Notes under the pieces: generated by a model
Told to the model about the DNA's origin: nothing
Databases searched by the model: none
What the model saw: the letters and a program-made list of their open reading frames with translations, nothing else
Made by a program: the position numbers and the translations under genes
Assembly (NCBI GenBank): GCA_963675495.1
Contig: OY776215.1
Span: forward strand, 2,016,001 to 2,080,000
DNA: 64,000 nucleotides
Reading direction: 5' to 3'
From: an uncultured Methanolobus sp.
GTDB taxonomy: Archaea > Halobacteriota > Methanosarcinia > Methanosarcinales > Methanosarcinaceae
Shown here: one piece after another, positions 39,267 to 49,690 of the stretch
Numbering within the stretch: position 1 is the stretch's first letter
Layout: every line of letters starts with the position of its first letter

Positions 39267-41288
39267 TCAGGCAAGCAGTTCCATTCTGCTGCCAACCTGG
39301 TATACGACAAATGCACATCCCCATGCCAGGGAGGTTCCATATGCTAACTGGAATAGGGTCCATTTCCACGAACCTGTTTCTCTTTTGATAACTCCTATAC
39401 AGGCAAAACACGGTACATACAGAAGTGTGAACACCATCAATCCCAGGCCTACAAGTGGGGTCATTGCCCCTGCTGCAAGAACAGCTGACAAGTTCTCTTC
39501 GCTTTCACCTGCTCCATAGAGCACTCCCATGGAACCAACTACTATTTCCTTTGCAACGACACCAAAAACTAATGCAACAGCAACTCGCCAATCAAAACCA
39601 AGAGGTGCTACAAGAGGTTCAATGAGTTGTCCAATAACGCCGATTAAAGACTCGGTGGTGCCGTAGATCTCTTCCGAAGCAAAAGCAGCACTAGTTCCGG
39701 GAGCCGGGATAGCAGCCAATAGCCATACTGCCACAACACCTATGAGAATGATAGTTCCTGCTTTTTTGAGATAGATCTTACCTCTTTCCCACATGTGAAT
39801 AGTACTTCCCTTCAGTGTGGGTAATTTATATGAGGGCATTTCCATGATGAACGGAGTATCTTCTCCCTTGACCACCGTGCTTCGCATCAACTTGGCACTT
39901 AATAGGGCAACCACGATTCCAAGAGCATACATGCCAAAGATTACAAGTCCTGCGTCTCTCCCAAAGAATGTACCTGCAAGCAATACATAAACAGGAAGTC
40001 TGGCCCCACATGAAATGAAGGGTGCTACAAGTATTGTAATAAGTCTATCTCGGCTGTCCTCAATGGTACGTGTTGCCATGATAGCAGGTACGTTACATCC
40101 AAATCCCATGATAAGCGGAATGAAGGATTTTCCATGCAATCCTACCTTGCTCATTACCTTGTCCATGATAAACGCAGCTCTTGACATATATCCACTATCT
40201 TCCATAAGAGATAACATGAAGAAGAGCAGCAGGATGTTAGGGAGAAATATCACAACTGAGCCAACACCTGCAATCATACCCTCACCAACAAGTGATGCAA
40301 GCCAAGGAATGGGAATCGCATTTGCAGCTGCTTCGGCAAGCCAACCGAAGAAAACATCAATTATATTCATGAAAGGGGTTCCGAATGTGAAGGTAATCTC
40401 GAATGCAGCCCACATTAAAGAGAGGAATATTGGAATACCGAGATATTTGTTGGTGACTACACGGTCGACCATATCTGAGCCGCTAAGGTGTGATGTGTTG
40501 ATTTCACAAACCTGCTTCAGCATGGTCTGTATGGTCTTATATCGCTGGTCCGCTATTTTAGATTCAAGATTCTCTGCATCATATTTTTTTAGTACCTGGC
40601 TTATCTGAGAATAACTATCACTACCTTGCGCTTTTTTGACAATATTTTCATCGCTCTCAAGTAATTTCACGCTGAACCAGCGTCTAGGGTAGTGAGTGAA
40701 ATATGCATCATTCTTTAAGATGTTAGTGAGTTCATCTATTCCACTTTCGATTTCATCTTCATAGATGAATGCACTTTCAGCAATTCTGGTTTCATCAACT
40801 TCTTCTGTGATAGCAGTGAGAAGTTCGTCAATTCCACCTCCTCTGCTTCCGACGGTGGGTATTACTGGAACTTCGAGGTACTCATGCATTTTCTTGATAT
40901 CAATACTGTCACCTTTTGCAAGCGCAAGGTCTGTCATGTTAAGAGCGATGACCAACTTTACTCCCAGTTCCATTAACTGGGTTGTGAGGTAAAGATTTCT
41001 TTCAAGATTTGTTGCATCTATGACCTGTACTACAACGTCCGGTTTTTCTTCAATTATAAAATCACGTGCAACTATTTCATCAAGAGAATAAGCTGTAAGA
41101 CTATAGGTTCCGGGAAGGTCTTCAATTTCCATTTCAATACCGTTGTGGGTCATGTTCCCCTTTTTTCTTTCAACGGTTACTCCAGGCCAGTTGCCAACGT
41201 GTTGTTTTGAGCCTGTTATTGCATTGAATATGGAGGTCTTTCCAACATTAGGATTGCCAGCAATAGCTACCGTTATTTTTTCTGTCAT
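39267..41288 (-). CDS. feoB: Ferrous iron transporter B
   Basis: GNPNVGKT, VGNWPGVTVE, DLPG.YSL, GFGCNVP, SCGARLP. Confidence 0.97.
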   Translation of the reverse strand: MTEKITVAIAGNPNVGKTSIFNAITGSKQHVGNWPGVTVERKKGNMTHNGIEMEIEDLPGTYSLTAYSLDEIVARDFIIEEKPDVVVQVIDATNLERNLYLTTQLMELGVKLVIALNMTDLALAKGDSIDIKKMHEYLEVPVIPTVGSRGGGIDELLTAITEEVDETRIAESAFIYEDEIESGIDELTNILKNDAYFTHYPRRWFSVKLLESDENIVKKAQGSDSYSQISQVLKKYDAENLESKIADQRYKTIQTMLKQVCEINTSHLSGSDMVDRVVTNKYLGIPIFLSLMWAAFEITFTFGTPFMNIIDVFFGWLAEAAANAIPIPWLASLVGEGMIAGVGSVVIFLPNILLLFFMLSLMEDSGYMSRAAFIMDKVMSKVGLHGKSFIPLIMGFGCNVPAIMATRTIEDSRDRLITILVAPFISCGARLPVYVLLAGTFFGRDAGLVIFGMYALGIVVALLSAKLMRSTVVKGEDTPFIMEMPSYKLPTLKGSTIHMWERGKIYLKKAGTIILIGVVAVWLLAAIPAPGTSAAFASEEIYGTTESLIGVIGQLIEPLVAPLGFDWRVAVALVFGVVAKEIVVGSMGVLYGAGESEENLSAVLAAGAMTPLVGLGLMVFTLLYVPCFACIGVIKRETGSWKWTLFQLAYGTSLAWGCAFVVYQVGSRMELLA

Positions 41289-41324
41289 TCTGTCACCATC
41301 ATGAGTTGGATCTGATCTTTCCAA

Positions 41325-41561
41325 TTATTCAAGTACCTCGACCAGGATGGTCCCTGCCTCTCTTTTTCTAAGAGAAAGATTGTAACCTTTAAGCTTGAAC
41401 TCCACAGGGTCCCCCAGGGGTGCCCTGCGAATAACATCCACCCTTGTTCCCGGGGTGAGTCCCATATCAAGAATTCTCTTTCTTGAGGACTTTTGCCCTG
41501 CTACTTTCAGAACCTTCACGGATGTTTCAGGTTCGATGAAATCCAGTGTTTTTTCCTTCAT
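41325..41561 (-). CDS. feoA: FeoA
   Basis: DMGLTPG, APLGDP, LSLRK.EA. Confidence 0.95.
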   Translation of the reverse strand: MKEKTLDFIEPETSVKVLKVAGQKSSRKRILDMGLTPGTRVDVIRRAPLGDPVEFKLKGYNLSLRKREAGTILVEVLE

Positions 41562-41587
41562 TTTGTAACCTTTTGTTCTCTTATTTT

Positions 41588-41605
41588 TTGTAGGTAGGCC
41601 TACAA
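41588..41605. promoter_or_regulatory. DtxR/SirR-like metal-repressor operator
   Basis: TTGTAGG-N4-CCTACAA palindrome 27 nt upstream of feoA. Confidence 0.55.
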
Positions 41606-41819
41606 TGTGTAACCGGGTATATATTATTTTCTGTTGACTTGAATTAATAGGTCTATTTACAATATGTATGCATGCAAACGTCGGTTGTAAATAAGCAAGA
41701 ACAGGACTGTCCGAACGGAGTCAAAAAAGATGGCCAAGACTACAGGTTTGAAATTGAAAATTCGATGTAGAAAAAGAAAACTGCAGTCGGATGCTGCAGA
41801 TTAAAAAGAAATGAAATAT

Positions 41820-43304
41820 TTATTCCTGGCTTTCGATGAGTTCGTATATCTTATTCATGTCAAGGCAGCTTTCAACTATCTCTGCAAGCTCCTCATATGC
41901 CTCATCTTCAGTTGTAATGGTTTCAGGCTGATACTCTATGCCTTTCTTTTCAGTCAGATAGATCATTAGGGCATGCCTGATGTTCTCATTCTCAAAAAGT
42001 CCGTGAAGATATGTGCCCACTACAGTGCCACTTTCATCAATGCTGCCGTCATCACCAAAAACAGTTCTTGGTGTTTTGGTTGCACCCATGTGAATCTCGT
42101 AGCCCCATATCTCGTCACCCTTAATGTTTTTGAAAATCGGTCCATCGGCTACTACCTCTTTTTGGACCTGGATGGTCTTCTTCTTGTATTCGCCGAATGA
42201 TGTTTCGATGTCAAGCAAACCAAGTCCTTCATAGTCTGCCTCAACTCCGTTCTCTATGCCGGAATCGTGGATAACTTTACCAAGCATCTGATAACCGCCA
42301 CAAATTCCAAAGATAGTTGCTTTTCCTTTAAGGTTGCGTATCTGGATATCCATGCCGCTTTTCTGGAGGTCTTGCAGGTCGCTGACAGTATTTTTTGTAC
42401 CAGGGATTATCACGCAATCAGGTGTTCCCAGATTTTCATCAAGATCAACATACCTGACGTTTGCAATCCTCTCTAGCGGTTCAAAATCAGTAAAATTAGA
42501 TATTCTTGGCAGGCGTACTACTGCAATGTCAATATCGTTAATGTCTTCTTTTTCAACCCTGCCTTTCTTTTTCCTGATGGCCATGGAGTCTTCAGATGGT
42601 ATATTGAGCTTGTAATAAGGGAGAACTCCAAGAACAGGTACATCTGTCAGGTCTTCTAGCTGTTTTAACCCCGGTTCAAGTATTGCAGGGTCGCCCCTGA
42701 ACTTGTTAATGACGAAACCTTTGAGATTCTTGCTGACGTCTTCAGGCAGAAGCTCTTTAGTTCCATAGAGACTTGCAAAAACACCGCCTGATTCGATATC
42801 TCCTACAAGAATGATGGGTGCTTGTGTTATACGCGCGGTTCCAATATTGACGATATCCCTGTCATAGAGGTTGATCTCAGCAGCTCCGCCGGCTCCTTCC
42901 ATGACTATCAGGTCATATTCGGACTCAAGTCTTTCAAGGGCTCCCCTGAGTACACCGTGCATTTCCTCTATGGAATCGTAGTAGTTACCAGCAGTTTTAT
43001 CGGCATACGGCTCCCCAAGGACGATTACCTGTGATGTTCTGTCCCCTTTTGGTTTGAGAAGGACCGGGTTCATGTCAGCAGTTGGCTCAACTCCGGCAGC
43101 TTTGGCCTGTATTGCCTGTGCAATTCCGATCTCTTTTCCGTCTTTTGTGATCCATGAGTTGAGACTCATGTTCTGGGCCTTAAACGGTGCAACCTTATAT
43201 TTTCTGGAAAGGATCTTGCAAAGGCCTGTGACCATTATGCTCTTGCCCACGTCTGATGCAGTACCCAATACCAGTAGTTTCTTAGCTTTTTTCTTATTTT
43301 CCAT
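41820..43304 (-). CDS. cbiP: Cobyric acid synthase
   Basis: GTASDVGKS, PFKAQNMS, NPVLLKP, ISNFTDF, GICGGYQ, GTYLHG. Confidence 0.96.
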   Translation of the reverse strand: MENKKKAKKLLVLGTASDVGKSIMVTGLCKILSRKYKVAPFKAQNMSLNSWITKDGKEIGIAQAIQAKAAGVEPTADMNPVLLKPKGDRTSQVIVLGEPYADKTAGNYYDSIEEMHGVLRGALERLESEYDLIVMEGAGGAAEINLYDRDIVNIGTARITQAPIILVGDIESGGVFASLYGTKELLPEDVSKNLKGFVINKFRGDPAILEPGLKQLEDLTDVPVLGVLPYYKLNIPSEDSMAIRKKKGRVEKEDINDIDIAVVRLPRISNFTDFEPLERIANVRYVDLDENLGTPDCVIIPGTKNTVSDLQDLQKSGMDIQIRNLKGKATIFGICGGYQMLGKVIHDSGIENGVEADYEGLGLLDIETSFGEYKKKTIQVQKEVVADGPIFKNIKGDEIWGYEIHMGATKTPRTVFGDDGSIDESGTVVGTYLHGLFENENIRHALMIYLTEKKGIEYQPETITTEDEAYEELAEIVESCLDMNKIYELIESQE

Positions 43305-43417
43305 TGCAACCGCCCTAAATATTTTTGAATTGCTATACTATTTAGTAATAATGCAACAGTTTTATGAAGGACAACTTATATCTACTTAACTCCAGTTTAT
43401 CTTAGTTAAGGTGGAAC

Positions 43418-43972
43418 ATGACAGAACTTATGCACGTAAGTGGCGGTCCGACAAAACCGGAGATTATTGCAGTTGCCCTATCAAAACTTGATTTAATGGA
43501 TAATTGCAGATTTTTCGACATTGGTTGTGGTACGGGAGCCGTGTCTATAGAAGCTTCAAAAATGGTACGTGATATTAGTATATGTGCTATTGATGCAAGG
43601 GAAAAGGCAATTGATGTAACGAAGAAAAATTTCGAAGCATTTAAGATTACCAATGCCCAAGTGTTTTCCGGTGAATCATCTGAGATCCTGGAAAAGCAGG
43701 ATGTTGGTTCGATAGATTGTGCATTTATAGGTGGCACAAAGAATATTTCCCGTGTGCTTGAAGTGCTTGCTGAAAAAAAGACAAAGAGTATTGTGGTTAA
43801 CGCAGTCAGGATCGAAACGGTCGTAAACGTAATAAATAAGATGAAAGAACTTGACTTATTCGATGAGGTACTGCATTTAATTGTTTCGCGTGGTGCACCG
43901 ATTACCGGTGAAACCATGTTCAAACCTGAAAACCCGGTATATGTTGTTGTCGGTAGATCAGGTAAGAATTAA
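43418..43972 (+). CDS. cbiT: Cobalt-precorrin-6B C15-methyltransferase
   Basis: GGPTK.E, DIGCGTG, FIGG, NP. Confidence 0.9.
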   Translation: MTELMHVSGGPTKPEIIAVALSKLDLMDNCRFFDIGCGTGAVSIEASKMVRDISICAIDAREKAIDVTKKNFEAFKITNAQVFSGESSEILEKQDVGSIDCAFIGGTKNISRVLEVLAEKKTKSIVVNAVRIETVVNVINKMKELDLFDEVLHLIVSRGAPITGETMFKPENPVYVVVGRSGKN

Positions 43973-43998
43973 TCTTTAATCTTGATGGTGATAAAAAA

Positions 43999-44610
43999 AT
44001 GCTTGTTGGAGTTGGACTTGGTCCGGGAGATCCGGAGCTTCTTACATTGAAAGCTGTTGAAAGCCTGAAAAATGCATACAAGGTATACGTTCCCGGTCCC
44101 ATGGCTGCGGACCTGGTGGCACCTTATGCAAAGGCAGAGATCCTTGAATTCCCCATGTTGACAGATTATGATGTGCTAAATGCCGTCTGGAAAAAGAATG
44201 CTGACATGCTTGCTGAAGAATCAAAGGACAACCTTGTTGTTTTTGGTCTTATCGGCGATCCTAACTTTTTCTCAACATTCACTCATTTAAAGCGTGTGAT
44301 GAAAAAGTTCTATCCTGATGTTGAAACAGGAACAATTCCGGGCATCAGTTCTATTACATCATTTGCAGCACAGACCGGGGCAGAAGTTGACTCTTCTTTT
44401 GAGGTCAGCGATGGTTCAGATAGCCAGTATAAGATCAGGTTGAAGGCAAGTAAACCACTTGAGATCATCAACTCATTTGAAAAGGAAGGTTTTAATAAAT
44501 TCACATTCTGTGAACGCCTTTTCAGTGATAGGGAAGTTATTATTACAGAAAGAGAGAAGATTCCTGAAAAGGGCAACTATTTCAGTATAGTCTTCGCAGA
44601 AAAGGAATAG
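43999..44610 (+). CDS. cbiL: Cobalt-precorrin-2 C20-methyltransferase
   Basis: [22 protein letters not shown]. Confidence 0.9.
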   Translation: MLVGVGLGPGDPELLTLKAVESLKNAYKVYVPGPMAADLVAPYAKAEILEFPMLTDYDVLNAVWKKNADMLAEESKDNLVVFGLIGDPNFFSTFTHLKRVMKKFYPDVETGTIPGISSITSFAAQTGAEVDSSFEVSDGSDSQYKIRLKASKPLEIINSFEKEGFNKFTFCERLFSDREVIITEREKIPEKGNYFSIVFAEKE

Positions 44611-44627
44611 TCACAAGGAGAATCAAG

Positions 44628-45371
44628 ATGACAGATAAAAAAGTCTATTTTGTAGGGTCAGGCCCCGGAAATGCGAAATATATAACCGTAATGGGCAAAG
44701 AGCTTCTTGAAGGAGCAGACCTTGTAATATATGCAGGTTCCCTTGTGAATCCTGAAGTGCTTAATTACTCTAAAGGGGAAAAAATCGACAGTTACGGACT
44801 TACCCTTGATGAAACCAACAAACTGATCGTTGATAACCTCAATGCAGGCAAGAAAGTTGTAAGGTTACACAGTGGCGATCCATCACTCTATGGTTCCATC
44901 GTTGAGCAGATCGAAGAACTGAAGAAATTCGATGTAGTGGTTGAGATCATACCAGGTGTCTCTTCAGTATTTGCAACTGCAGCTGCATTGCAGACACAGC
45001 TTACCCTAAATGACGTTTCAGAAACTCTTATTATTACACGCCCTGCCGGCAAGACCCTTGAGAAGGACCAGATAAAGGAGCTCTCAAGACACAACGCAAC
45101 AATGGCTGTTTTCCTGGGAACCCAGAAAATAGAGCAAATAATGGAAAAGGTGGAATATGCACCTGACACACCGGTTGCAGTGGTTTTCCATGCATCCTGG
45201 CCAGACCAGAAGATAATAAAAGGTACTGTGGCAGATATCGCCGGAAAGGTAAAGGAAGCAGGCATCATACGTTCTGCAATGATCCTTATCGGTGGAGTTG
45301 TTGATCCTGTGGACTATGGAAATTACGGGAGGTCTTACTTATACGGAGTGGCACAAGAACCGCTATCATAA
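44628..45371 (+). CDS. cbiF: Cobalt-precorrin-4 C11-methyltransferase
   Basis: [27 protein letters not shown]. Confidence 0.93.
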   Translation: MTDKKVYFVGSGPGNAKYITVMGKELLEGADLVIYAGSLVNPEVLNYSKGEKIDSYGLTLDETNKLIVDNLNAGKKVVRLHSGDPSLYGSIVEQIEELKKFDVVVEIIPGVSSVFATAAALQTQLTLNDVSETLIITRPAGKTLEKDQIKELSRHNATMAVFLGTQKIEQIMEKVEYAPDTPVAVVFHASWPDQKIIKGTVADIAGKVKEAGIIRSAMILIGGVVDPVDYGNYGRSYLYGVAQEPLS

Positions 45372-45880
45372 CCTTTGAGAGAAATCTTGAGGTTGCAGAG
45401 CGCCTGGCAGGACATCTGAACGCTGATGTTCTTATGTACGATAAAAGCGTCTTCAAAAGGGCCTTTGAGCAGTATGATGTCATCGTGGCAGTATTCGCCA
45501 CGGGCATTGTTGTGCGTGAGATCGCACCACTTATTGAAGATAAATGGAAGGATCCTGCAGTTATTGTAGTGGATTCGAGTATGAATTTCGCGATTCCACT
45601 GCTTGGCGGTCATCATGGAGGCAATGAGGCTGTCAGAAAGATAGCTGAAATTGGTCCTGTTCCGGTTGTCACAACTGCTACGGAAGTTCATAACAGAAAT
45701 TCCGTTGAGGGTATTGCCAAATCCCTTGGATGTAATATTGTGAACAAACCTTCCACTGTGCAGGTGAACTGTGCTTTGCTTGATGAGGATGTTGAGGTCC
45801 TTGAAATAAAAGGTCCTAAAATAGTCATTGTCGGGGACGATGTTTCGGTCCTGAAAAAAGAAAAGGCAGAAAACGCATGA
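45341..45880 (+). CDS. cbiG: CbiG N-terminal part (probable ATA start)
   Basis: [27 protein letters not shown]. Frame is open from 45305; GGAGGT lies 7 nt before ATA 45341; first ATG is 45434. Confidence 0.85.
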   Translation: MRSGTRTAIITFERNLEVAERLAGHLNADVLMYDKSVFKRAFEQYDVIVAVFATGIVVREIAPLIEDKWKDPAVIVVDSSMNFAIPLLGGHHGGNEAVRKIAEIGPVPVVTTATEVHNRNSVEGIAKSLGCNIVNKPSTVQVNCALLDEDVEVLEIKGPKIVIVGDDVSVLKKEKAENA

Positions 45881-46230
45881 TCATAGGTATCGGAGCCCGA
45901 AGGGGCATCAACAGCCAGGAAGCAATCGATGCTATCAATAATGCGCTTGCTGAGGCAGGCAGAAGTATCGATGACGTGCATGCTCTGGCATCTGCTAAAT
46001 TAAAAGAGAACGAAGCGGGTCTTCATGAGGCAGCAGAAATTCTCGGAATTGGAATTACTTTCATTGATCACGATGAATTGAATACTTATGATGCGCCATC
46101 AGCTTCGCAGGCAAAACGCTTCGGGCTTAGAGGTGTGGCAGAACCTGCTGCATTGGCGTTGTCGGAAAAAAAAGAATTGATACTAAGGAAGAAAGTATAT
46201 GGTAGGGTCACAATCGCAATCGCAGAGTGA
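45877..46230 (+). CDS. CbiG C-terminal/CobE-like protein
   Basis: GIGARRG, K.NEAGL, GVAEPAAL, VTIAIA. Confidence 0.88.
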   Translation: MIIGIGARRGINSQEAIDAINNALAEAGRSIDDVHALASAKLKENEAGLHEAAEILGIGITFIDHDELNTYDAPSASQAKRFGLRGVAEPAALALSEKKELILRKKVYGRVTIAIAE

Positions 46231-46996
46231 AGCAAAAGGAAAGCTTTACATTATTGGTATAGGTCCGGGTTCTGTCGAACAGTTAACTGTTAAGGCAAGG
46301 GATGTAATCCTTAATTCTGATTATATTGTCGGAAACGGTACCTATCTTGACCAGATGGCAAGCCTGCTGGACAAACAGGAGATCGTTCGCAGTGCCATGG
46401 GTAAGGAAGTTGACCGTTCACGCAAGGCAGTGGAGCTTGCACAGGAAAACGTTGTTTCCATGATAAGCGGTGGGGATGCAAACATTTACGGTATGGCAGG
46501 TCTTGTCCTTGAAGTGGCAGAACACGCAGATCTGGATGTTGAGATAGAGGTCCTTCCGGGTGTCACAGCTATCACAGCAGCAGCAAGTGTGCTTGGTGCA
46601 CCTATCGTTAATGACATGTGTACAGTAAGTCTCAGTGATCTTCTGACTCCGTGGGAAGTAATTGAGAAAAGGCTTGATGCAGCAGCATCCGCAGACTTTG
46701 TGATGTCACTGTACAACCCAAAGAGCCGCCAGCGCAAATCCAATTTCTCAAAGGCTATTGAGATTATCAGGCGTCACAAGGATGATTCAGTTCCTGTTGG
46801 TCTTGTAAAGAATGCCCTGAGGGACAAGGATCAGGATTACATAGTCACAACCCTTGGCGAGGTAATGGATCACAATGACTGGGTGGACATGAGCACTACT
46901 ATTCTTATCACCACCAATGATTCCCGTATATGGGAGTCCGAACATGGCAAGAGGATAATTACACCAAGGGGGTATCATAGGAAATATGACTACTGA
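46199..46996 (+). CDS. cbiH: Cobalt-precorrin-3 C17-methyltransferase
   Basis: GIGPG, SLSDLLTPW, LYNPKS, TPRGY. Confidence 0.94.
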   Translation: MVGSQSQSQSEAKGKLYIIGIGPGSVEQLTVKARDVILNSDYIVGNGTYLDQMASLLDKQEIVRSAMGKEVDRSRKAVELAQENVVSMISGGDANIYGMAGLVLEVAEHADLDVEIEVLPGVTAITAAASVLGAPIVNDMCTVSLSDLLTPWEVIEKRLDAAASADFVMSLYNPKSRQRKSNFSKAIEIIRRHKDDSVPVGLVKNALRDKDQDYIVTTLGEVMDHNDWVDMSTTILITTNDSRIWESEHGKRIITPRGYHRKYDY

Positions 46997-47705
46997 ATCC
47001 AAAAAGACAGACGCAAGTATCGAAGAACTTGTGGAAATGACCACTGAGATCGACCCTGAGCTTGTGGATATCTGTACCGACCTTGGGTCACAAACCGATG
47101 AGGCCAAGGCAATTTACATGACCAGTCGCAATATTGCTAAAAAGCTCGTTGGCGATGATACTATTGAGGATAAAGTAAGGCAGCGTTGTGTTACCTCAAC
47201 AGGTGACCCTGCGGTTGCAGACCTCATGCGTTTTGTCAATGATCCTATCAAAGCAGGCGTGGAAGCTATTAAAAAAGGTGCTCCTATTCTTGTTGACATC
47301 AACATGGTCAAGGCAGGTATCACCAAGAGGGGTCATAACTGTGAGATTATCTGTGTACTCGACAAGGATGAGGATGCAGAATTTGCACGCAAGCATGGAA
47401 TCACAAGGACTGCAGCAGGTTTCCTGAAATGCAAGGACATACTTGAAGGTTCTATTGTCGCTATCGGAAACGCACCATCAGCTGCTTTTGCAGTATGCAG
47501 GATGGTTGAGCACGGTATCAAACCGGCAATTGTTGTTGGCACTCCTGTAGGATTCGTCAATGCAGCAGAATCCAAGGAAGTTGTCAGAGGCGCACCGGTT
47601 CCATCTATTACATGTGTTGGAACACGTGGTGGAACTCCAATGGCAGTTGCATGTGTCAATGAACTTGTAGCAATAGCAAACGATGATGAATGTGTCATTG
47701 ATTGA
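46986..47705 (+). CDS. cbiC: Precorrin-8X methylmutase
   Basis: TRTAA, IGNAPSA, PVGFVNAAESK, RGG. Confidence 0.94.
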   Translation: MTTESKKTDASIEELVEMTTEIDPELVDICTDLGSQTDEAKAIYMTSRNIAKKLVGDDTIEDKVRQRCVTSTGDPAVADLMRFVNDPIKAGVEAIKKGAPILVDINMVKAGITKRGHNCEIICVLDKDEDAEFARKHGITRTAAGFLKCKDILEGSIVAIGNAPSAAFAVCRMVEHGIKPAIVVGTPVGFVNAAESKEVVRGAPVPSITCVGTRGGTPMAVACVNELVAIANDDECVID

Positions 47706-47762
47706 ACACATTCACTTTTTCTAATTTTTGTTCTTATTCTGACTGTTCTCTTGTTTCTGTTA

Positions 47763-49583
47763 TTACTGTTTTCTTCTGTTGGTCACAATGAATGAACATA
47801 TCAGCAAAGCAATTACTCCGATGATTCCTGTAAATCCGGGCGAATCTTCTTCATGTCTTTCCTGAGTTGCCTGTGGTACATTTGCATTTTCTGCGGCCAG
47901 CTGATAATTCTTGTTGCTGCCGATGGTGTATGAACCTGTGTCAGGCGCCCTGTCATACAGTGTACGGCTGGACTTGTCCGGATTAAGGTGAACTTGTCCG
48001 ATTCCTGTCTTTACATCTTCGCCTGAAAGCCATTCCTTTGTCTTATCAGTTTCCGGGATATTGGCACCATAGACCACAAGAGCGGTTTCCACATCTATGT
48101 TCATGTTCCCGTCATCATTGCCAAGTAACACTGATGGAATGCTAAGGTACATTTTGTTGTCCTGCATGGTTACAAGGTGTGAAACTTCCTTTACTCCGAA
48201 TTTTCCATCATAGTATCCTATCATGGTGGCAGCAAGTTTACCGTACATCAGATTGTAGACAAGTGAGTAATCTTCCGTTCCATCCTGGTTAGTATCAAAG
48301 GAAATAGTTGTGATAGCGCCATCGTCCAGACTCAGGCTGGTATAGGTGACAGTTATGAGCATTTTGTCTTCAGAGAATCCTGTATCTACGGATACGATAT
48401 CGTCCCCATCATGTCCGAAGCCTGTGGAATCAGATGCAGGGTCTGTGAATCTTGTCCTATCATTCCCATAGCTTAGTAATGCTTTTATGGAACCTTCTGA
48501 AGTATCAATTGCTCCATTACCGTTGTCGGGTATGCTGTCAATATTGCCTCCAAGGGCATCATTTATTGTGAAGGAATCAACCGTCAAGTACATTTTCCCG
48601 TCATCATTTCCAAGTAGTACAAGTGGAACACCGATGAAAACCTGGTTTCCAGAGACTTTGAACGTACCATCATTGTATGGTACTCCCAAGCTTCTTGTGA
48701 TTGTGTCAGAGTATCCCTCTTTTGCAAGAGCAGAATTTTTATTTATCATCCTTATGTCTACATCTGTGCCTGTAAGGCTTCCAACGGTGTACTCAATAAT
48801 GTAGTCCACTCCAAATGTTGGAGGAGCTTGCTCAGTATTGGTAAAACCTGTTGCTAGCTGCTGGTCAATATCAATGTTAACCCAGCCGGTGATATCCTCT
48901 CCATATGAAAAGGCGTTGGGTTCGACATTATTGGCATAGGTTATTACAAGGGCCAACCTCCCATTTCCAACAGTTGCCTCAATATTTTCTATATCTGCAA
49001 CACCGCCATTTCCTGTCATGTCGGTGATGCGTGTGTTGCTTGCAGCAGTTTGCGTTATTTTGACATCTCCTGTATTGGTGTCAATTACTCCATAATCAGG
49101 TGCTCTGTCAAAATCGAGTGCTTTTACCATCTGGTCGTGGACCGCAACGAAAACATCGGCACTTCCGTCATCATTGCCAAGCATCCACAAGGGTAGCGTG
49201 ATGTATATGGTATTGCCCTGGGCAAGGATTGTGCCTGAGTCTACCATGTCATCATTAAGTGTCGTGGTTATCATGGGGTCAGAGTAGATTATGCTCATGT
49301 AATTGAATTGGTATACATAATCTGCCCCATTGTCTGAATATCCTGTATGGATGTTCTGGTCTGTGTCAATGAAAACAGCTCCATAAAAACTATAATCTGC
49401 AATATCCTCTGTACATGTTAAGATAATATTGAGATTGTTTCCATCATTTGAAACATCCAGTGAACTTATGTCAGGGGAGTAAAAATCTCCGGTCGTATCC
49501 GGAATGGCAGCCAACGATGTAGTTAAAATGCAAGTATAAATTATAGCAATAATTCCAGTTAATATCGATTTTCTGAATTCCAC
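47763..49583 (-). CDS. PGF-CTERM cell-surface protein with three repeated domains
   Basis: Signal peptide, three LGNDDG repeats, C-terminal SPGF-TM-RRK. Confidence 0.85.
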   Translation of the reverse strand: MEFRKSILTGIIAIIYTCILTTSLAAIPDTTGDFYSPDISSLDVSNDGNNLNIILTCTEDIADYSFYGAVFIDTDQNIHTGYSDNGADYVYQFNYMSIIYSDPMITTTLNDDMVDSGTILAQGNTIYITLPLWMLGNDDGSADVFVAVHDQMVKALDFDRAPDYGVIDTNTGDVKITQTAASNTRITDMTGNGGVADIENIEATVGNGRLALVITYANNVEPNAFSYGEDITGWVNIDIDQQLATGFTNTEQAPPTFGVDYIIEYTVGSLTGTDVDIRMINKNSALAKEGYSDTITRSLGVPYNDGTFKVSGNQVFIGVPLVLLGNDDGKMYLTVDSFTINDALGGNIDSIPDNGNGAIDTSEGSIKALLSYGNDRTRFTDPASDSTGFGHDGDDIVSVDTGFSEDKMLITVTYTSLSLDDGAITTISFDTNQDGTEDYSLVYNLMYGKLAATMIGYYDGKFGVKEVSHLVTMQDNKMYLSIPSVLLGNDDGNMNIDVETALVVYGANIPETDKTKEWLSGEDVKTGIGQVHLNPDKSSRTLYDRAPDTGSYTIGSNKNYQLAAENANVPQATQERHEEDSPGFTGIIGVIALLICSFIVTNRRKQ

Positions 49584-49604
49584 TGTACCACCAACAAACT
49601 CTTT

Positions 49605-49628
49605 AGGTCAATTCATCTCAATTGACCT
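49605..49628. promoter_or_regulatory. Inverted repeat near predicted transcription start of the surface-protein gene
   Basis: AGGTCAATT-N6-AATTGACCT; minus-strand TATA-like TTAAATAT at 49651-49658. Confidence 0.4.
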
Positions 49629-49690
49629 TAATAAAAACAATAGTTGGTTGATATTTAATCCTTATGAAATTATTAGTTGCATTTACTGGA

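Noticed and set aside
41289-41327. feoA and feoB in the same frame separated by one TAA (readthrough fusion?)
   Set aside because: TAA is not recoded, feoB has its own GGTGA site before ATG 41288, and the in-frame arrangement is easily chance
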